Part shown: positions 34,581 through 38,352 of the stretch, one piece after another | Layout of the letters: the number at the start of each line of letters is the position of its first letter | How positions within the stretch are numbered: position 1 is the stretch's first letter | From: a virus | Taxonomy: Duplodnaviria > Caudoviricetes | DNA: 38,352 nt | Direction: 5' to 3' (one strand) | Virus record (IMG/VR): IMGVR_UViG_3300005805_000007 | Coordinates: 1 to 38,352 of that record | Translations under genes and position numbers: made by a program | Notes under the pieces: model-generated | Told to the model about the DNA's origin: nothing | The model's database searches: none | Seen by the model: only the letters and a program-made list of their open reading frames with translations

Positions 34581-34692
34581 TCGATCCCGTAATCGTTGCG
34601 TAATGATATACTTAGATTCCCCTTGCTTAATAAGATTTGACAAGCTTGGTGAGTACAGGTATACTGCAAAGTGTGGACAAAAAAGAAATTAA
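34438..34692 (+). CDS. Small exported Cys-containing protein
   Basis: AAAGGA RBS; signal-like VMILGLISVSTALYA; 4 Cys. Confidence 0.5.
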   Translation: MLTKVMILGLISVSTALYAVPLTSKKCPVTMVVNHTKKWTDGDQRALNRSRNRCVMIYLDSPCLIRFDKLGEYRYTAKCGQKRN

Positions 34693-34798
34693 ATACTTAT
34701 TTATTTGGCCAGGCGTTATTAAGGTGTGGATTAACGGTGAACTGGTGTACGAGGGTACTGATTGGCGAGCCGCGCAGTTAGCTACTTGCCCTTTTTAG
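34673..34798 (+). CDS. Possible 41-aa ORF (..IKVWINGELVYEG..)
   Basis: GTG start; fills the gap to the convergent endolysin; weak RBS. Confidence 0.25.
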   Translation: MDKKEIKYLFIWPGVIKVWINGELVYEGTDWRAAQLATCPF

Positions 34799-35264
34799 GG
34801 CTTACTGTATCGTATACAGTCTTGGCTACCACTTCGCCTATAAATAGCTTCTTTTCGGCTTTACGACGCTTTACAAGCCCAGGTAGCTCTTGTCCCCCGG
34901 CCTTAGTCCATTTTTCAAACTCTAAAGCAGCCTCAGCCATTTTATAAGCTTTTATGTATTTAAGCATAGTGCTCTTTTTAAAGGCACCTATCCCTATGTT
35001 ATACACAAAACTTACCAAAGCATCAAATTGGTGTTGTTTTAGCTTTTGTACGCCTAATATATCGGTTAGATCTAAAGCTATATCTTGAACGTGAGCTTTT
35101 AGCATCATATCTGCAGTATGTTGACTTATAACAAGTCCTTCTTGGATTCCAGGGCCTGTGGTGCCCCAGCCTATTGTCCATAATCCAGCAGGGCACCTAT
35201 AAGCCTTTAAATGACATCCCTCGAACTGTTTTATCAGATCTTCTGCTTCTTTTGACGCTATCAT
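34782..35264 (-). CDS. Endolysin, GH24 lysozyme
   Basis: LIKQFEG..L.AY.CPAG.WTIGWG.T, FDALVSFVYNIG, GLVKRRKAE. Confidence 0.95.
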   Translation of the reverse strand: MIASKEAEDLIKQFEGCHLKAYRCPAGLWTIGWGTTGPGIQEGLVISQHTADMMLKAHVQDIALDLTDILGVQKLKQHQFDALVSFVYNIGIGAFKKSTMLKYIKAYKMAEAALEFEKWTKAGGQELPGLVKRRKAEKKLFIGEVVAKTVYDTVSPKKGK

Positions 35265-35641
35265 TTTTTATCTGTTTGGTTAAGCCGTTCAATTAACAAT
35301 TTTATAATTGGCATACCTGAAATACGTTCAATATTCTCAAGTACGCTTTTAAGCTCGGTAAGGCCGATAAACCCGGCTAGTACTTTAACTACCGGTATAC
35401 TATCGCCCACCATGAATCGCTCAGTAAGAAACCCCAGCATAACGACTAGCTCGTAGACAGTCGTTTTAATGATTGTCCGCTTAAGGCCGGAAGATGTGAT
35501 CTTCTTACCTTCTTTCCGGCTAGCCATTATGCCTGTTATTAAATCCGCGACAGTTAGCACCATAACTGTAATAAGTGTAGCCTTAATGGGCATAAACACT
35601 AATGCTATGGATGCAAGGATAGTTGAAATTTTTTGCGTCAT
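35261..35641 (-). CDS. Holin (Phage_holin_4_1-like)
   Basis: DLITG......KITS.GL..T..K, ELKSVLEN...G.PI; TM segments; overlaps the endolysin start. Confidence 0.8.
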   Translation of the reverse strand: MTQKISTILASIALVFMPIKATLITVMVLTVADLITGIMASRKEGKKITSSGLKRTIIKTTVYELVVMLGFLTERFMVGDSIPVVKVLAGFIGLTELKSVLENIERISGMPIIKLLIERLNQTDKK

Positions 35642-36432
35642 ACCTGCCTACCGAGCGTGGTTTGGAACGCCTGGACTGCTGTGTAGAAGTTTGCAGTTTC
35701 AGTTGCGTCTAAGCCATCGCCTACTGAAAAGAATGCCCAGTTTTGTCCCGGTGCCGTGTTTGGTAAAACTGAACCGCCAACGTTAAAACCGCATACTGGT
35801 AGCTCAAATGCAGGCAACGCTACGCTTGTCCCGCTTGTAGCAGTGCTTGTTCCATTTCTGTATAAAGATGCGGAGCTGCTTGTTGTACGGCTAGCACAAA
35901 ACATCCCATAGTTTAGCGTAAAGGTACCCGCACCCCATGGAGCTTCGTTTATCACAAATAAATTAGAAGTTCCGCCGTAAGCAATTAACATGCCTAAAGC
36001 GCTAACATAGGACCCATCCGATACTACTAAATCGTAGCAATTTCCGCTATTAGATAAACTTCTTTTGTAAGTGGACACATGGGTAGAATTCTGCGTTAAA
36101 TGGGTAGAAGGAGTTATCCCGGTTAACCCGTATCCGGTTGCACTGGTTGTTACCCCATCCGAATTATGTGTAAGCGACCCACTCCAAGTGATTTGAAATT
36201 GAGCTACGTTTATTAGATTATAGCTATGCGAGCTAGCGGTTCCGCCGACTAATGGGTATACAGCTTTCATCTTAGACCATATACTATAACCTTTAAGATC
36301 CAACACAAGCTGATTAATTGCAGTTTTTTGCGTAGGATCGGTAATACCCGCAGCTGTTATAAAAGCCTGGGCATCGGGGTCAAAGCCTCCTGGGGGAGCC
36401 TGTCGAGCTGAGATAAGCCTTAACAGATTCAT
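35638..36432 (-). CDS. Tail-associated protein, helical N-terminus plus LamG/ConA-like beta-sandwich
   Basis: DPDAQAFI.AAGITD..Q..AIN.LV.DLK...IW.KM.A.YP.VGG...; ends FQTTLGR. Confidence 0.6.
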   Translation of the reverse strand: MNLLRLISARQAPPGGFDPDAQAFITAAGITDPTQKTAINQLVLDLKGYSIWSKMKAVYPLVGGTASSHSYNLINVAQFQITWSGSLTHNSDGVTTSATGYGLTGITPSTHLTQNSTHVSTYKRSLSNSGNCYDLVVSDGSYVSALGMLIAYGGTSNLFVINEAPWGAGTFTLNYGMFCASRTTSSSASLYRNGTSTATSGTSVALPAFELPVCGFNVGGSVLPNTAPGQNWAFFSVGDGLDATETANFYTAVQAFQTTLGRQV

Positions 36433-36433
36433 A

Positions 36434-36868
36434 TTAATACCCTAAAGCGTATGTACCGTAATAATTTGTGCCGTCGTAATACAGGTTAATAATATCAATC
36501 AAGCCTGTGCCTGACAGCGTAGGTGCCCCAGCTGCTCCCCATTTTACTGTCATGGGAAAGGTAATAGTGCCAGGTGTTGCTCCTTGGACTATTTTTAATA
36601 AGTAGGCCCCGCCTGTAACTGGGTTACTGAGGGTAAGCACTAAAGGCCCAGCAGCGTTTACAGTCACTTGTTGGCAAGGACCGTTTGCAAAGTCTAAAGT
36701 AAAATTGCCAGTTTTTGTACCGGCATCGTACAACTGCGGAGTTAAGTTGTAGTTTTGGGTAGGAAAACTCGATAGCGTTCCCGTTAAAGCATCATAAACA
36801 GCATTCTCTGTGGGAGCACGTTTTGTTTCGTTATTTGATATAGTATCTTGTGGTTTTATGTATGACAT
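36434..36868 (-). CDS. Small tail adaptor-type protein
   Basis: TLDFANG..Q.VT...LTLSNP..G..YLL.IVQ...ITFP..VKW...APTLS...DIIN.YYDG.NYYG. Confidence 0.6.
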   Translation of the reverse strand: MSYIKPQDTISNNETKRAPTENAVYDALTGTLSSFPTQNYNLTPQLYDAGTKTGNFTLDFANGPCQQVTVNAAGPLVLTLSNPVTGGAYLLKIVQGATPGTITFPMTVKWGAAGAPTLSGTGLIDIINLYYDGTNYYGTYALGY

Positions 36869-36886
36869 AAGTCCTCAAAAATTTAA

Positions 36887-36925
36887 GGGATTGCCCCCTG
36901 TGGTGCGCATCCACAAGGGGCTCCC
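36887..36925 (-). terminator. Long GC-rich hairpin after the fibre gene (terminator or RNase III-type stem)
   Basis: GGGA-GCCCCTTGTGG-ATGCGCA-CCACAGGGGGC-AA-TCCC-TTAAATTTTT. Confidence 0.5.
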
Positions 36926-36929
36926 ATTG

Positions 36930-38352
36930 TTACATTATGAACCAGCTAGTTCCGTTAGTATAAATCATTACTGATTCATAGGGAACTACGATATCATAGT
37001 AGGATTCGCCATCAATGGTTTGACCACCGCTTGGCTGAATTCTAATGTAATTAGTGGTGCTTGCAGCACCTGTTTCGTCTTTTATGACAAGCATACGTCC
37101 TGCACCCATCGATGCGGCTATAGGTAACGTAATAGTCCTTGGAGAAGAAACAGAGCTTACGCCAGTTATGTACCCCGATGGGGCAGCAACCGTCGTATTA
37201 GCGCTTGTAGCAGCGTAAGGAACTCTCATTCCACGCGTAAAAACAAGCATTTGCCCAGCAGTAGCACTAATAACAGCAGATCCGGCTTGATTGATGGAGA
37301 GTGTGCTTGAAAAATTCAAGGCACCCGTCATCGCTGCAGATCCGTCAAGTTTTAAACGAGCATTGTCTGCTGTATCGATATACGATTTAGCAGCGCTAAC
37401 ACTCATTGCTTGATCAGTCTGTGAACCGGAGGAGCTATTTACCACAGCAGCCGATTTTGCACGAGCTTCTGTGAAGTATTGATTGCTACCTTCTGTCAGA
37501 TTAGACGTTGACTTAGCACTAAAAGCACTATCAAAACGAGCCTGAGTGTAATACAAGCGGCTACCTTCAGCTAAATCTGAAGTAGTTTTGCTTGCAAACA
37601 AGCCGTTGATATTGCTTTGAAGTGTGCTATCGGCACCATCCACATAAGACTTAGTTACCGGGTCCAACTCAAGGACGTCTAACCGTGCGTCTAACGCATT
37701 GTCAGCGCCCATACGAGCTGTTTCTTCAGCAGACATTTCACTGTCTACGTAAGACTTAGTAACTGGATCAGCTTCAAGCGCACTTACTCTGCTACTCATT
37801 GCAGAATCAAGGCCATCCGCATAGTCCTTTGCGTCTTGCTCAGCTTTTGAAACTGAACCTTCGCCAGAACCTTCGATGACATCAAGTCTACCTTCAACAG
37901 CTTCGACTGCAGCATCGTTGCTTAATACATAGCCAGCAAAGGCGCTGTCATTAGCAGTATCAACACTGTTAATCAAAGATACAATTTCAGCAAACGAATC
38001 TTTATCAGCTTCGGATGCAGAAAGAATTGCGTCAATTCGACCTTTTTCAACGTCAACTTGTCCTTGTAAACCAGAAACTTCGCCATCTACATATGACTTA
38101 GTTACAGGATCACTCTCAAGAACGTCAAGGCGTCCATCAAGCGATGACTGAATACCATCAACATAGGTTTTTGTTACAGGATCGAGTTCCAGAGCATCCA
38201 AACGACCATCTAAAGCGCTTTCGGCGGCCATAGCACGAGTTTCCTCGGCTTCGACCATTCCTTCTACACTTTGGATAGCAGATTGCCTGTCAGAGATCTC
38301 TTGGGTAATTTGACCTTGAAGATCGCTTACTTCTCCATCCACATAGGACTTT
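36930..38352 (-). CDS. 3' part of the 788-aa tail fibre that starts at 1043
   Basis: In frame across the 99-bp overlap; DPVTKSYVD repeats, T.DL.EG..LY.T.AR repeats, C-terminal domain shared with 1065..2756. Confidence 0.9.
   Translation of the reverse strand, partial: KSYVDGEVSDLQGQITQEISDRQSAIQSVEGMVEAEETRAMAAESALDGRLDALELDPVTKTYVDGIQSSLDGRLDVLESDPVTKSYVDGEVSGLQGQVDVEKGRIDAILSASEADKDSFAEIVSLINSVDTANDSAFAGYVLSNDAAVEAVEGRLDVIEGSGEGSVSKAEQDAKDYADGLDSAMSSRVSALEADPVTKSYVDSEMSAEETARMGADNALDARLDVLELDPVTKSYVDGADSTLQSNINGLFASKTTSDLAEGSRLYYTQARFDSAFSAKSTSNLTEGSNQYFTEARAKSAAVVNSSSGSQTDQAMSVSAAKSYIDTADNARLKLDGSAAMTGALNFSSTLSINQAGSAVISATAGQMLVFTRGMRVPYAATSANTTVAAPSGYITGVSSVSSPRTITLPIAASMGAGRMLVIKDETGAASTTNYIRIQPSGGQTIDGESYYDIVVPYESVMIYTNGTSWFIM
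38254..38352. repeat. Terminal direct repeat, copy 2
   Basis: Identical to 1-99. Confidence 0.97.

Noticed and set aside
38254-38352. 99-bp terminal repeat as a biological DTR
   Set aside because: It lies mid-gene and its length equals a common assembler k-mer, so it is best explained as circular assembly overlap.
1-38352. Stop-codon reassignment, introns/inteins, or a diversity-generating retroelement
   Set aside because: Genes are full length and densely packed in the standard code; TerL and PolA are uninterrupted; no reverse transcriptase or TR/VR pair was seen.

Overview
The window is an apparently complete ~38.25 kb tailed-phage genome. Bases 1-99 are identical to 38254-38352, so the contig is circular or terminally redundant with a 38,253 bp unit, and one tail-fibre gene crosses the junction. 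The architecture is podovirus-like, in the P22/T7 style. The long minus-strand morphogenesis arm runs: HTH protein, GNAT, terminase, portal, scaffold, major capsid, FN3-fused adaptor, tail nozzle, second GNAT, three ejection-type proteins, several tail fibre/adhesin proteins, holin and GH24 endolysin. The plus-strand arm encodes a Cas4-like PD-(D/E)XK nuclease, a putative SSB, a divergent family A polymerase, an exported ClpP-like protease, an AEP primase, an HNH nuclease, a metallophosphoesterase, a matrixin-type lipoprotein and a DUF5664 dNTP diphosphohydrolase. I recognised no integrase, repressor, helicase, tRNA or CRISPR array. The most notable observations are: (1) a shared [M/F/Y/C/K]A-x-G(G) peptide tag, 9 copies in 4 otherwise unrelated virion-region proteins, bracketing three different small basic modules, which is a candidate cargo-targeting or processing system; (2) a control region with interlocked divergent consensus sigma70 promoters, a 36-bp palindrome and leaderless genes; (3) an island inside the structural arm with tandem sigma54 promoters, G-tracts and an antisense micro-ORF operon; (4) a hairpin/pseudoknot leader; (5) a PolA with many non-canonical substitutions. 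All family assignments come from motif recognition by eye, not database searches.
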